Below, piece by piece: positions 50,134 through 62,534 of a stretch of DNA of 64,000 nucleotides. The notes beneath the pieces were generated by a model. The model was not told the origin of the DNA and did no database searches. It saw nothing but the letters and a program-made list of their open reading frames with translations. The stretch lies in NCBI GenBank assembly GCA_010909165.1, contig MU008206.1, positions 186,001 through 250,000 on the forward strand, written 5' to 3'. The position numbers were made by a program, and so were the translations under genes. The stretch's first letter is position 1; each line of letters opens with the position of its first letter. The DNA is from Anthoceros angustus. Lineage: Eukaryota; Plantae; Anthocerotophyta.

Positions 50134-50961
50134 CTATCTATGAACTCGTGCCTCTCTTACCCGCATCAAAGAGAAGCAGGATCTTCGTATGTCCGTCGTC
50201 GGAAGTTGGAACGCTTCTGAGCTCTGGGCAATAGGTGTTGCCGTCCATCCCTTGCCGATCCTACGCCCGTGCTGAGATTGCCATCGCATATATGACATGA
50301 CGCTATCCAACACCTCTGCTGCAGACATCATCTCTTGCAATGACTGCATCCACCTCCTCCTTGAGGCCTGTGACAAACCTGTCGGCCTTCTCTCCTTCCG
50401 ACATCCCTGGGATCGCCAAGATGATCTCTGGAATTCCTCGCAATACTCTTTGACAGACCCCCTTTGCTCCAGATCTGCTAGCCGGTTTCTCGCTTCCCGT
50501 TCTGCGATTTCGTTCAAGTATTCGGGCGCAAAATAATCCCCTAACTCCTTGACCAGCACATGGAAGTCTGTGATGGCCGATCGCTTACCCGTCTGCACTC
50601 TGGCCTTCCTTTGGATCCACCACAGGATGGGGGGGCCCTTCACAAACGTGAGCGCCACGGTAACCTGTAATTTCTTCGGCACACCATGCAGCTCCATGTA
50701 GTTCCCGACTGTGAATGCCCACTCCTCGACGGGGGCTCGATTCCGCCTCCCAGCATAGGGGCTAGGCATCGGTATCTTGATCCCGGGAGGCAGCCGAGAT
50801 CGAACCTTCAGGCTTTGCAGCCGCTTTTCCAGCTCCTGCTGTCGTTGGTGCACTTCCTCGCACCGTCGTGCAACTTGGTGCAGCATCTGCACGTCCGCAC
50901 CGCCTGGCTCCGCCAGCACCACCTCCTTATCTTCTCCTGCATCCTGCTCGGGCTTCTCCAT
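50134..50961 (-). CDS. Stand-alone Ty3/gypsy Gag (capsid)-like ORF with no pol or LTR nearby
   Basis: Coiled coil EEVHQRQQELEKRLQSL, then PSPYAGRRNRAPVEEWAFTVGNY, VALTFVKGPPILWW and the major-homology-like region ARNRLADLEQRGSVKEYCEEF. Confidence 0.8.
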   Translation of the reverse strand: MEKPEQDAGEDKEVVLAEPGGADVQMLHQVARRCEEVHQRQQELEKRLQSLKVRSRLPPGIKIPMPSPYAGRRNRAPVEEWAFTVGNYMELHGVPKKLQVTVALTFVKGPPILWWIQRKARVQTGKRSAITDFHVLVKELGDYFAPEYLNEIAEREARNRLADLEQRGSVKEYCEEFQRSSWRSQGCRKERRPTGLSQASRRRWMQSLQEMMSAAEVLDSVMSYMRWQSQHGRRIGKGWTATPIAQSSEAFQLPTTDIRRSCFSLMRVREARVHR

Positions 50962-51629
50962 CGCCGATGTTCCTTCGAATTTGCCTTACCCCTGCAAAGC
51001 GCGAGGTGCCTACAGACCTGTGCACAGCTCCGAGTCTGTCAAGTCAGTCAGGAGCCTTCCGCACCAGGCAGGAGTTCTCTGATCTTCCTGAAAATTTCTT
51101 CAGATCGTCCTGCACTCTGCAGCAATCCTGTACAGTATACACTTATCCAGTTCCACCGCTTGGAAATTACGCGCACAAGGCGGCTTTAGACTGTCTCGTG
51201 GCATGATGCAAACTTTCGCCGGTAAGGGACTCCAGTGAAGTGACCGTTGGAGCAGCAATGGCGGTGACGGATCGGGGACCCGACGGGATCCTGATAGCAG
51301 AGCGCGGCTTGTGGATGGAAGAGAAGTCTCTCCGGACAAAACACTTCCGTGACATCCATGAAAAGAATATACAAAGATGAGAGTTTAAGCTAATCCTAGA
51401 TGCCCAGAACCACAGGGACGTTTCTTATCCGCCTCTACTGTGCACCCCAGAGGATAATTGATGGTAGCTGGTGATGAGCCTACAAGGTCTCAGTAAGTCT
51501 TTCTGTACTCCCAAGTAAGCCATGATCACTGATCGGCTCCCGAAGAATCACAGGAACCCAACTACATGGCTCCTCCCAAAAATCAGCACCGTTCCAGAGA
51601 GAGGTAGTGCACTGGCAACGCGCAATCTG

Positions 51630-54022
51630 TCAATGAACGGAAGATTTGACATGTTCCTTCAGAGTCTTCATGGCCTGGATACCCTCGTTGAACCATGCTC
51701 CGAACTTCCCTGTTGATCGCTCTCCTGCAACTGGAGAGGTGCAGTCGCCTGAATCTAAGGAGGTCACAAGCTTCAAATTTGTCGGCGTGGGCAGACTCAT
51801 AAGTTCTGGCATCAGGTCTCTGCTGGACGACTGAGCAAGCAATTGAGCATGGGTCTGATGAGGTTGGACACTAGAAGATCTGGACAGAACAGGGTTTGGC
51901 ACTGGAGTCGGGGATGAGGGTGAAAGGCATTGAGATTGGGTTCTAGAGTGTCTGTGGGACTGAGAGCTCGACCGCGGGGAATGAGGACCCTGAGACACGC
52001 CAGATCTGAGACGCTGAGACTGCGTCCCAGTATTTGGTGAATGCCACTGAAGTGCTCCAGACTTAGGAGACTGGTTTTGAGAGCCCATCCCACTGAACTT
52101 AAGTTGCAGCTTTCGCAGAGAATGCATTTTGGAAGGAGAAGGTGAGGGGAAATCTGAAGGCTGACCCTGAGCAGTGGGTGATCCAAGGGGGGACGACTGA
52201 TGGTTGGGGGGGATATTCTCAGAAAGAGCTTGGTGAGTACTGGAAGGTTTGGGAGGGGCAGGAGACATGGGGGGTTTACTTGGAGGACTTCTTGGCAATC
52301 CTTGGTGATTCTTCTTACTGAGTGGAGACGGAGAAAATAAAGATCGTGCCACAATCTTGGTACTCTCTGAATGAAGTTCACTCTGGCTGTGAGGAGGAGC
52401 ATGGGGACTGGACTTGGGGGTGACGTCTATGTGAAATTGATCCTTAGCAGAAGTGGAAAGGGTGGCACTACGTTCAAGCAATGGCTGGAGACTGCAACGG
52501 ATCTTCCTCTTGAGATCAGCAATCGTATCTGTGGTAAGAACGGGTATAGTGAGTGTACCCTTGACATGTCCCTTGCTGGTACGAACCAGCTTCACCTTCC
52601 TGGCTGCTGGCTTGGGAGCAGGCACTTCCTCGATGGGTACTGCGCAATTCCAATTTTCAGTCAGCAACTAGGCTCTGCTTGTCCTACAAACCTAAAGCAT
52701 TTTACAGCATAATGAGGTTCGGACACTTTAAGAACCAGAGGAGCACCTGCACTGTCTCCCAAGTTGCGAGACGCTGCCGAGCGGGAGAGCTTGTGAGGCG
52801 TCTTAATCCCGGTCACCTGCAATGTGCACTCTGGATGCACAAAATACTCTGCCAAAGTCTTCTTATCCTGCAGAACCTTTCCTGCACAGAACCGGAACAA
52901 TGCTTCAGCAGGTTGTAAGCCAAAGCGACAAGGGTTCAACACTGATCTTCAATAAACGTGCTGGTACCTGAGAAGGTCACCCTCTGCTGCCAAGCCAAAA
53001 GTCCAGTTCGGGCTTCAACCGCCTGGCACACAAGCTGTACTGGGTCTCTTCCCTGAACAACTAAGGTGAAGTCCTGCTCGCCCACTACACTGACGAAAAT
53101 GACCATCCGCCGATGACCTTGTTCGCTGTTGCTGTCTCCTGCCAAACCAAGGGCACATGAAGCTGACATCCTGTTGCAGCGCAGCAAACAGTACTGGGAT
53201 AGCAGACAAGCTTCTTCTCTGGATACCTGACTTGCACAGGTCAACAATACTGTCCTCGTAGATGGTGTGGAAGCCATCAAAGTCCTTGATGATGAACTCG
53301 TCATGCATGACCCTCCCAACCGACGATAGAATCTGCTGCGATACCGGAATGCCAGTCATATTTTCCAGGGCTTGCTTCAGCTCAGACACGTGCGTGTCAG
53401 GCGAAATGCCAAGAAGAGGAAGAATCCCATCCTTGGTTTCCACAAAGATGCGTCCTCCCAGTTCTGCCAGCTGCCTCGGCAGGAGCTGCACAAAACGAGC
53501 CCACGGCCGTAAGCAAACGAAGCGGCCACCAAGCAACCTCCCGTCCAAGCGCGCCACTCCCTCCTCACATCCTCCACTGCCGCAATAGGCAAATTCCACA
53601 CCGCAACATACCTTGAGCTGCATAGCCGCTCTGTCCAAGATATGGTACTCATCGAGGCGGACGCCATCCACCAGCTCCACCATCCGAGATCCCTCCTTCC
53701 CGAAGAAACTAAGAGTATCCTCATCCACATGAAGGTCCGGGAGCTCCAGTTCCGCCGAGCAGGGGTACCTGCCGTACACCTCCTCAACCATGTCCTTCTC
53801 ACTCAATTTGGTAAACAGGGGCGCCATGAGCTTCTGCTCCTCATCCGCAAGCCGCAGATTGGCCCGAATGAAGGCCTTGATGCTGGAGACAGTCCCATGG
53901 TGACTCAGATTGGGGACCAGAACGGTCCTTGCGTTCAGAAGAGTGTGAGCAGAGGAGTAGGCTGTGGCGGGCACGCTGGCAGTGGGCAAATGGTCCACTT
54001 TCACCGCCACCGAGATCGTCAT
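51630..54022 (-). CDS. Protein with several divergent ubiquitin-like domains and a long Ser/Pro-rich disordered tail (multi-exon)
   Basis: UBL-like segments: TVSSIKAFIRANLRLADEEQKL...LDEYHILDRAAMQL; IFVETKDG...DTHVSELKQALENMTGIPVSQQIL; QAVEARTGLLAWQQRVTFSG|KVLQDKKTLAEYFVHPECTL; DTIADLKRKI. GT-AG introns. Confidence 0.8.
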
Positions 54023-54994
54023 CCTTACTCGCTGCGCCTGCACGCTGCGCTGTGTACCCGAAACCGAAATGGCCGATCCCAAATGCCAAATGCTGAGGAC
54101 CTAGGCTGCAGCGAAAGCCAAGCTCGGCAGCAAAACACAACACTAAACCCCTAGTCCATCCACCATTGATGCAAGCAGAGGGACGGGGCGGCGGGGCCTG
54201 AGTGATGATCGTCAGCACTAGAACAAGAGGCCAAGCCAGCAAGCAGCAACAGCCAGCAAGCTGGAACAGCCAGCGTCCAACGGCTACTTCCTCCTCCGCC
54301 AATCCATTCAAACCCCATGAAAACAGCTTAACGGGAATTGTCCTTTACACTGCCTGTTTTGAGGGGCCATTTATCGACTCCTAATCTGAATCTTAGTCTT
54401 AAACTAGGTACATACCATGTATTTACGTTTTTACTTTGAAATTCGATGGTCTGGGCGGACTAAGTACCTACCTACATATCCATGTACATATCGACGTATT
54501 AACTTTAGACTATGAAAGTTTTTCCATCTAAGTTGGACTAGAAAGTTGGGCCTTTTTCCATCCTACCTATGTATTCTTGAGTCCCGAGAAATTGAAGGTC
54601 TTCATTTCTGGGGTGCATGGAGGGGACTATGCCTTTGCATCATGGGGTTGGGATGCATCGTTACCAAAGCGCACTATCTTCCCTCCCTTCACCACTTTCT
54701 TAGCACATGGTTGTAAAAGTATGATAACGCTCTTATACAGGCTATGGATGTAAGGATGGAAACGGAAAGTATGATAACGCCCTTGTATAGGCATTGGATG
54801 TAGTGAGGAAATGAAGAGCGCAATGCACATCGTTTAGTGCACCTAAGAACTTGGGTGTGGTAAACATGAGTTCATTCGAACTCAATACTTAAGCATCTTT
54901 TTTTTGGTAAAGATGGTGTTTCTTCCATCTCTTTTCTTTCTACATACAGTCTCCCCGATTCTTTATTTAAGCATCTTATAGGTAGATTACTCCT

Positions 54995-55510
54995 TAGATG
55001 AGGTTCCCTCTTGTTTAACGAACTATTAGCTACAAGGGTTATTGATCTACCATACTATGCAATTCGAACTCTCGTCCCTACTACTCGAATCACAAGGATA
55101 ATTCCTAGTGGGATGGGATTTACTCATGTTTAATAAAATATTAGCAACAAGGGCAATTGATTCACTGAGTTTTCTCTTGTTTAACACAATATTAGGTCCA
55201 AGGGTAATTGATTTACAATGCTATGCAATAGGAACTCTTATCACTATAAGGAAGATAAAGGTAATTGATTTATAATGCTCTGCAATTCTAACTCTCATCA
55301 CTACTGGGATGGGGTTCCCTTAGTTTAATGAACTATTAGCTACAAGGGTAATTAATTCACTCTTGGGTTGTTTAATGAAATATAAGCTACAAGAGTCATT
55401 TATTTCCAATACCATGCAATAGATGAGGTTCCTTCTTGCTTAATCAAATATTATCTACAAAAGTAATTGATTTACAATACTATGCGATTTGAACTCTCAT
55501 CATTATTATG
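54995..55510. repeat. Degenerate tandem repeat, unit roughly 90-100 bp
   Basis: Recurrent GATGAGGTTCC...TGTTTAA.GAA.TATTAGCTACAAGGGTAATTGATTTACAAT.CTATGCAAT..GAACTCTCATCACTA. Confidence 0.7.
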
Positions 55511-56069
55511 ACTCAACATACTATATTTCTATACTTAAAATCTGTTTCATTGCATTGGTGAAAAGACTAGTCATCTTTTAATTTGTCTGTTTCCAAGAGA
55601 AAGTCCACTAAGGACGATGGCAGTCGTGGGACTAAAATAGGATGTGATAAAGCCTGTAGCAACTAGTTTAAAGCTAAAGTAAAATCTTAAGGGCTTTAAA
55701 CTAAAACTTTAAGCCCCTGACAAATCATCATCTTGAATGCTTGCAAACTTAAATTCCATATTTGTCGTAAGCATAATAGCTGGAGGATTTGGGAACCACA
55801 TGTAAAAAAATGTGAACCCTCCATTCAAACAATATGTCAAAATGCTCCTCAATCCATAAATTAGAAAAATAAAATAATGCCTCTTTGATTTCACATTCTT
55901 GTTGCCTCTAATCTCTATTACTTATATTGCAAGTGCACTTCTAGATGCGTTGCCTCTGTTTTTGAATTGGCCGCAAGAACAAGACAAGGACAATCCTGTA
56001 GTGGCTACTCTCTCTGCCCTTGTTCATTACTAGGTCCTATATAATCCAAGACCACCTCCCTACTAAATA

Positions 56070-56600
56070 TGTGTTTATCTCTTCCCTTGGCTGGCAGATG
56101 ACTCTCACATCTTTGTGCTCGGGGACAAGGTCAAAGTGGCTCTTGAATTCTCTTAAATAAGAAAGGGGTGGCCTTTCAAATCTTCTCCCTGAAGGCTGCC
56201 TTTCAAATCTTCTCCTAGAAGTTCTCCTTGCTACGTTGGAGGGTCAAGCTCTTCAACTCCCATCTCTGGTCTCTGTCAGGAATCACCTCTATTATATAGT
56301 GAAATTCCCGGATTGTGAAATTGCTTGAGCTCCCGGTCTATGGATTTTGAGGGTCCCCGTTGGTAGTCCAACTCCATCAAGAGCTTCTTCGAAGAGGCTC
56401 CTTCTTTAGATCTGCCTTTGTGGCTTTTGGCATTCTCTTGCTTTGCCAAATGCCTAAGTTACTCTAGGTGCACGATGCCTCTTTCTCTAGTTCTTCTCTC
56501 GCGCTCGAAGGAGTTCGACAAGAAGATTATGGATGCCATGGCTAACATCAAGCTAGGCCCAAGGACTTTTAACCCTAGAGAAGCCTTTTTGAGTGGGTTT
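56070..56600 (+). mobile_element. Highly decayed fragment of the same RLE non-LTR family
   Basis: LADDSHIF (RT catalytic motif), ILRVPVGS, AFSCFAKCLSY and EFDKKIMDAMANI align by eye with the 16-19 kb element. Confidence 0.6.
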
Positions 56601-56789
56601 GCTATTTTTCTCAAACATGGTTACTTTCTGAACCTTCCACGATTATTTGAAAGTATGTAAATACATGATAATTACAACCTTTGTGTATTCTATCATTTCA
56701 CATATTCTACATATTTCTCTATTAATCCTAAAATTCATATTATTGATATTTCAGCCCCCTCCCTTCCCATGTTTTGGGGTATGTGTGTT

Positions 56790-58550
56790 CTAATGGCTTA
56801 GGCCAAATGGACGCATATACGTTACGAACGTCGTAGTAAAGCATTCTACACCGCAAGGGGGACCCAGATGGGGTACCTGAAGGGCGATGAAGACGCATTG
56901 TCCGAGGTAAGCTTTGAAGTAAGAAAAGGGACAGGCCCGCGCCATCTTATGGGCGTGGTAGGATTTGGCACAGGACTTGAGAAATTTATTGAAGTCCTCG
57001 ACCATTGCCCCGTACATTTCGAGTGCGAGCGGGATAAGAGGTGGCCCGCTGTACTTCCTGATCTTCAGAGCCGTAACCCCAGCGGCAACCCAACCAGGGC
57101 GGTTGGTGATGACCTAAGCAGAGATGGTGTCTCGAGTAGGGTCTGTAATCACCACATCCGCCACCCAAACCTGATCACCGCGAACAAGGTAGAGGTCAGC
57201 CCGGATTGAGCGACCTATATGAAGAGTGTACCCCCGCTCCCTCCAAGCCATGTATCCACTTTCATGAGCGATGACAAACATGATATCGTGGATGGCATCA
57301 TGGGTGGCGATGCGGTGACCCCCGTGGGGACAACGAGCAAAGTGTACCCCAAAGTCATCAAGCGCAGAGCCACACTCACAGGTGAAGAGGGAAGACGCCA
57401 CAGGCTGGAGCAAGCCAAGACGGAATCGCATCACAGTGGTGAAGGTGGTTGGTGGGATAACAAAACCATTACCCCATATGCATGGACGAGCCTGAAGCTA
57501 AGCGCCTGCCCCTTTACCAGAACAAGAGCGAAGCCGAGCTCTTGTGGACCTAGGGATAGAGAAGTCCTCGAGGACAGACTAGAAAGCTTGGCCAAGCTGC
57601 TTCTCGAGTAGCGATGCCTGCAACCCCTTGAAACCGTCAGTGATGAAGGTCGAAAAAGGAGGTAGTTCCCCGTCGAGCGTCCGCAAAAAAGCATGTTCCT
57701 AGCTTGTCTCAAAGAAATTTGAAGGGGAAAGGTTCCCTACTCCACACCAATTACAAGACCCTCTAGAAAGAGCCTATCCTGAAGAATGAAGCGAGAAGCC
57801 TAAGCAGGGGCTGAGAGGGCCCAACTGCCTAAGAAAGCCACTGGTGTCCCCAAATTGCACTAGCATGGATGCTTGAAGTGAGCTAAATTGCCTGTTGGGC
57901 ACTTGAAGGCCCCTAGGCCCATGATGTTCCTTACAGTATCCATAATCTTCTTGTCAACACTTGCAGCCGAGACATGAGCACTAGAGACATAGACAACGTG
58001 CGGGTGAGGTAACCAGGGCGCCCAGCAAAACAGGAGGAAAGAATTCTGAAGGCCACCTCAGCATCCTCAAGCATAGCCGTCACCTCATTTAGTGAACAAT
58101 AGTCTCCACACATCCGCCTGTCCTTCCATTCGCCATTTTCACCTTTCTTTAATAGTAGCACTGTGATTGCTTTGACATGGAATAGGTCCTCCGCCAGACC
58201 CTAGTCAAGGAAGCTATCGATGAAGTCAGGCGAGCCGAAGGGGACCCCCAAAATCCGAAAACCCGAAGCCGGAGCAATTTTCCTAGCAGGAAACTGCAGA
58301 GTGGGGAGGATCCCCAACGGGGACCAAATATGGCACTTGGAGAGCTTGACCTATAAGACCATCAAAGAAAGCTCATTGGAGAAGAGCTCAAAGGCCTCCT
58401 TGACCTTGTCTTGAGGCCCAAGGATGTGAGAGTCATCTACTAGCGACGGTAAGACACAGTCGCGCACACAGGAAGCGACCCTGGATAGGGCCCAGTAGTG
58501 AGCAATAGCAAAGAGAGCACCGCCCAGAGGGTCTCCTTACCGTGCACCTG
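56790..58550 (-). mobile_element. 5'-truncated RLE-type non-LTR retrotransposon (same family as 16310-19760)
   Basis: GDPLGGALFAIAH, VDDSHILG, GFRILGVPFGSP. The CCHC knuckle FTCECG...GVHFARCPHGGHRIATHD is intact. RLE motif RADLYLVRG...VADVVITDP, with C-terminal VFIALQ. Confidence 0.9.
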
Positions 58551-58962
58551 TGGTCAATTCTAAAACAGAAACGGCAAATCCCGAAGAGGCGTTTGTCATG
58601 ACACAGAATGATGTGCTGAATGATGCGTCCATGTGTAGTCGGATTGATGTGCTGGACATGCCTACATGTGGACACACATAGGAGCATACGGATGGTCTGG
58701 TATGGGCATGTGTGCCCCCATGTGCATATGTGCGTGTGATATGTGTGAGTGACAAGGTCAAGAGAGGACGACGTGCATTAAACGCCAAACCAGCTATAAG
58801 TCACGGCAGAATTACTGCTCAAAACGATCGGTAACGGGCAGTATGGCACAATTCCCGAGTTGAGCGACACGGCGCCTGATGTGGGTGCCCACGATTCAGC
58901 AAGAGACGACGCCGAGCGCGTAGATAGATAAAAGGGCCATAGGCCACGTAGGAAGACGGATT

Positions 58963-61900
58963 CACTATAACAATGAAGCCCGATTTATTACATGGCTGGA
59001 ATGACGTTGCCTATTACAGTAATGTCCGTGTAATACTTGACATGCCACGTCACGATACATGTTGGTACCGGTGCGAACGGGTGACCGCCTTATTACGTCT
59101 GCAAAACCATCATTGCGGGTTTCTTAGAGTGAAGGCAAACACCGGGATGACCTGCACGGCGACACGCTGGCGGTAATTGTCTGGCGTCCAACCCGTGCCT
59201 GCTGTCGTCACGTCATCAGGCCGTATGGCGAAAACGTCACCCAGTTGCTCATGGCATTCACCGCGTTCGGCCGGTCAAGGCGATATGCACGAATATTTTG
59301 TGGACGATGGGCACTGGCGGCCATGTGTGGGAGGCGGTCTCAGGCCCGCCATGTACCATCGCTCGGTTTTCCTGAACCATGCTCAAACAATGGGGCACAT
59401 ATTTAAAGCAATAAATCGAAGCGGCGGGAGGGCCTTCCAACCACGGGCGTGCTGCCGACAACATTTGTCGGATACACATAAGACGGGGCGGAGCCCATGT
59501 TCTGGCGAGGTGGATGAAAAACTGAGCCTATGATCTTTCAAGTGCAAAACAGAGGGCGATTCCACACCCTGAAACACCGGCCACAAATCAACACATTCCA
59601 ATGCCCTACTTTACTCACAACCCGCTCAGACCCTCTGCACTACGCAAAACCAGTATGTGTTTCAGAAACCATCTACCCCATCAGAAAGTCCGAAGCGGAG
59701 TTCCCACGACGAACTCCGACCTCCAAGGGCGAGTCCAGTGTTCCTGGTGCGAAGAAAAAGGCATACACTTCCCCAGACACCAAAACATAGCCTTTGCGAT
59801 TCCCAACGGAGTGGCAAGCTCGCACAATTAAGCACCCCTCAAGGACATGATATAGAGATGCCTGGTTCAGACGGAAATCAGTGTACGCCAAAAAGGGTTC
59901 ATGTCTTTTGTAGATGAAAGGCACCTTCGATGCATAGCCCACAGCCCAGTTGCGATCAATTGACGTCCTCAAAATTGCCATCTTCCCCTTCCCCTTGCAA
60001 GCTTTGGCCAGCAGGCCGCGCAAAGCTTTCTCAAGGCCGGACCACATAACGAGTCGCTCTTTCTGCCACATAGGGCCCACAGTGCGATACAGCATGTCCA
60101 TGCCCTCGTCCGTCCACTTCACCCACTGCAGCTCAGACTCTATTGCATCCCGCAAATACGGTTCTCCAAACACTGGGGGTGGGACTTTCAGCTCCTCCCC
60201 AAAAATTGGCGCATTTTCAAACACCAGATATCAAATCAGCTTGCCAACAGGTGAGAATTGAAGACCATGCGGCAGTGCGACGTGCCAATCTCGACAACAG
60301 TGCTGATTGTGACAAGGCCTTCCCCTTTGCGCATCACCTCTATCACATCAGCGCCGATTTCACCCAGCTCTTTCGCGCGCTCCACCCAATCATCACCCAA
60401 CCTAGGATGGCAGCCAACAAACCACGGTTGCGGAGGTCCCCACTTCTCCTTCCCCCGAACTGCCCATGGTCCTGCATCACTGTTGCATAATCGCCTATAC
60501 GAGTACTATGGGTCCGCGGACAATATTCACAGTGCCTCCGGCCATTCGTGACCTTCCCCTCATGATGGACTGGAACGGGCTCTACGTCCTCCCGCTTGTA
60601 TGCGTGTGCACATGTATACTCCCCACATGTGAACACGGAGTCTTGATTCCACTCAAAGCATGGCTTCGCTGGTAGACGCGTTGTGCACAATGCTTTGCGA
60701 CATTTTGCCATCTCATATGCCGCGTAATCTGAGAAGGCCTCGACCGAAGCTCGATGGCCTTCATCAGAGGAGCCGCCAGAGGAGTTGCATAGGCCACTGG
60801 GCAGGCCGATGCAGTGCCCATCCTGACTTTCCTCAGACATTATGGTTCCTCTTCAACAACTACTCCTTCACAACAGCAAGACGATGTTCAGCCGACCATG
60901 TTTGAATCTTCAGACAAGACCAGCAAGCCAAACAACTAACTCACTGCCCTCAACGCTTGTCGTGCCAAATCAAAAAGCGCAATCGTCTGAAAACTGCCTG
61001 CCCTCCAAACCGCCCGGGACCCGCTGAAGTGTGCAGGGTGTAAACTGGAACCGCCCTGAATAACTTGGGCGTGAAGATGCCAGTCTCCCGCCAAACCCAA
61101 GTGTACCAGGTCGGTTGTGAATGCGCTAGCGCATTAAGTCCCGACACCAGTTTACGCTCCCCCTATTCCCGCTCGCTGCTCTCCACGACGATTGCGCCAC
61201 CCTTGCCCGACATCTTCGTCCCCGGGTGCCATGAATGAGTGAGAACCCGCCGGGGTCAATCTCCCATGGCAGCGACTTGGCGAAATGGGCACATTCTGCA
61301 GATCGAGTGTCCATGTCCAGATTGCGGGCCTACAATCAAGAAATGTCGTGCTGATATCTCAATGCGCCATGTCGATGGGTGGGATGACTTTTTCAAGAAA
61401 CATGTAAGGCGTGTGCCGGTTGCCCAGAGCAAGTTGATGTCTGCAGCCCTCCATGGTCCCCTGATCTATTTCTTGGTTCCTTCCAGGGATATCCTCCGGA
61501 GTACCAGGAGGCATTTCGCCGCCACCGGGTGGCCTTCACTCGCCATACTATGGATGACTCAAACACCGCCCCCTGTGCTCCGGGTGACCCTCATCTTGTC
61601 ATGCCCACGCTTAGTGTCTTCGGGCCCGACGTCCCTCAGGAAGAGGGAGAATTCATTGACGGCATACCAGACCCTTGGCAAGATGTGCTGGCGTCCGAGG
61701 CTTCCATTCCACTGTATAATGTTACCGCTCCCCTTACAAGTCCGGAGAATCGGCTGTCTGCAACTCTGGGGCTCCTCACCATAAAGAAAGGTACCACACA
61801 ACGGACAGCGGGATGAATGCCATCTTCAAATTTGTCCAGAGTGCCCTGCTTCCTCCTGGTAACACGTTGCCCGGTAGTCGAGGGGAGGCCCGAAGGATCC

Positions 61901-62510
61901 TCCAGTCAATTGGGCAGGGTTGTCACCGAATCCCAGCATGTGTAAAAGGGTGTATGCTAGCATGGGGATCCCAGTCTAATGCAACTCATTGCAAGTGTGG
62001 GGAACCATTTTACAGGGAAAAGAAGGCAAGGCGTAGTGCCCCAGTCAGGCGAAAGACTTTGTTTTATTTCCCAAGCTGAACGCATCATCATGGATGTTCC
62101 GTTGTCCCAAGCTTGCAAAAAACCCGACATGGTTTACTAGGCACCGTAGTGTGAATGGTGACACTGGGCGATTCCGGCATGGGCCCGTTTGGACGAGGTT
62201 GATAACTTCGGCTTGGAGGACAGGCACATTCGCTTCTCCATCTCGACTGACGGTTTCAATCCCAGCGGTCACCGTTCAAGTGCATATTCCATATGGCCAG
62301 TTATGCTGGTTATTAATAATCTTCCGCCATGGTTGGCCACAAAGAAAGAGAGCGTCCTCCTGCCGCTGATAATCCCAGGTCCCACACAACCTGCCAACAT
62401 GGACGTTTATCTGGAGCCCTTACTGGATGAGCTCGTAACCCTACTAGAAAAGGGCACCCCATGTTACAGTCGATGTTGCAATTTTTTGTTACACTTCCAC
62501 ATTGCAACAT
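58963..62510 (+). mobile_element. CACTA (En/Spm) transposon: left end and N-terminal part of the transposase
   Basis: CACTATAACA at 58963 (the terminus call is tentative), followed by TATTAC/GTAATA and GCCACGTCA subterminal-like motifs. Tnp2 homology lies downstream. Confidence 0.7.
61239..62510 (+). pseudogene. CACTA Tnp2 / Transposase_21-type transposase, frameshifted and interrupted
   Basis: IECPCPDC; LLPPGNTLPGS...IPACVKGCML...CKCGEP; RHIRFSISTDGFNP...YSIWPVMLVINNLPPW...IIPGPTQPANMDVYLEPLLDEL. Confidence 0.92.
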
Positions 62511-62534
62511 GTTTTGGAGGCTTGGTATTAAGTT

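Noticed and set aside
50150-50190. ILLLFDAG in an alternative frame after gag as a retroviral protease site
   Set aside because: It lacks D-[ST]-G, is followed quickly by a stop, and has no further pol homology.
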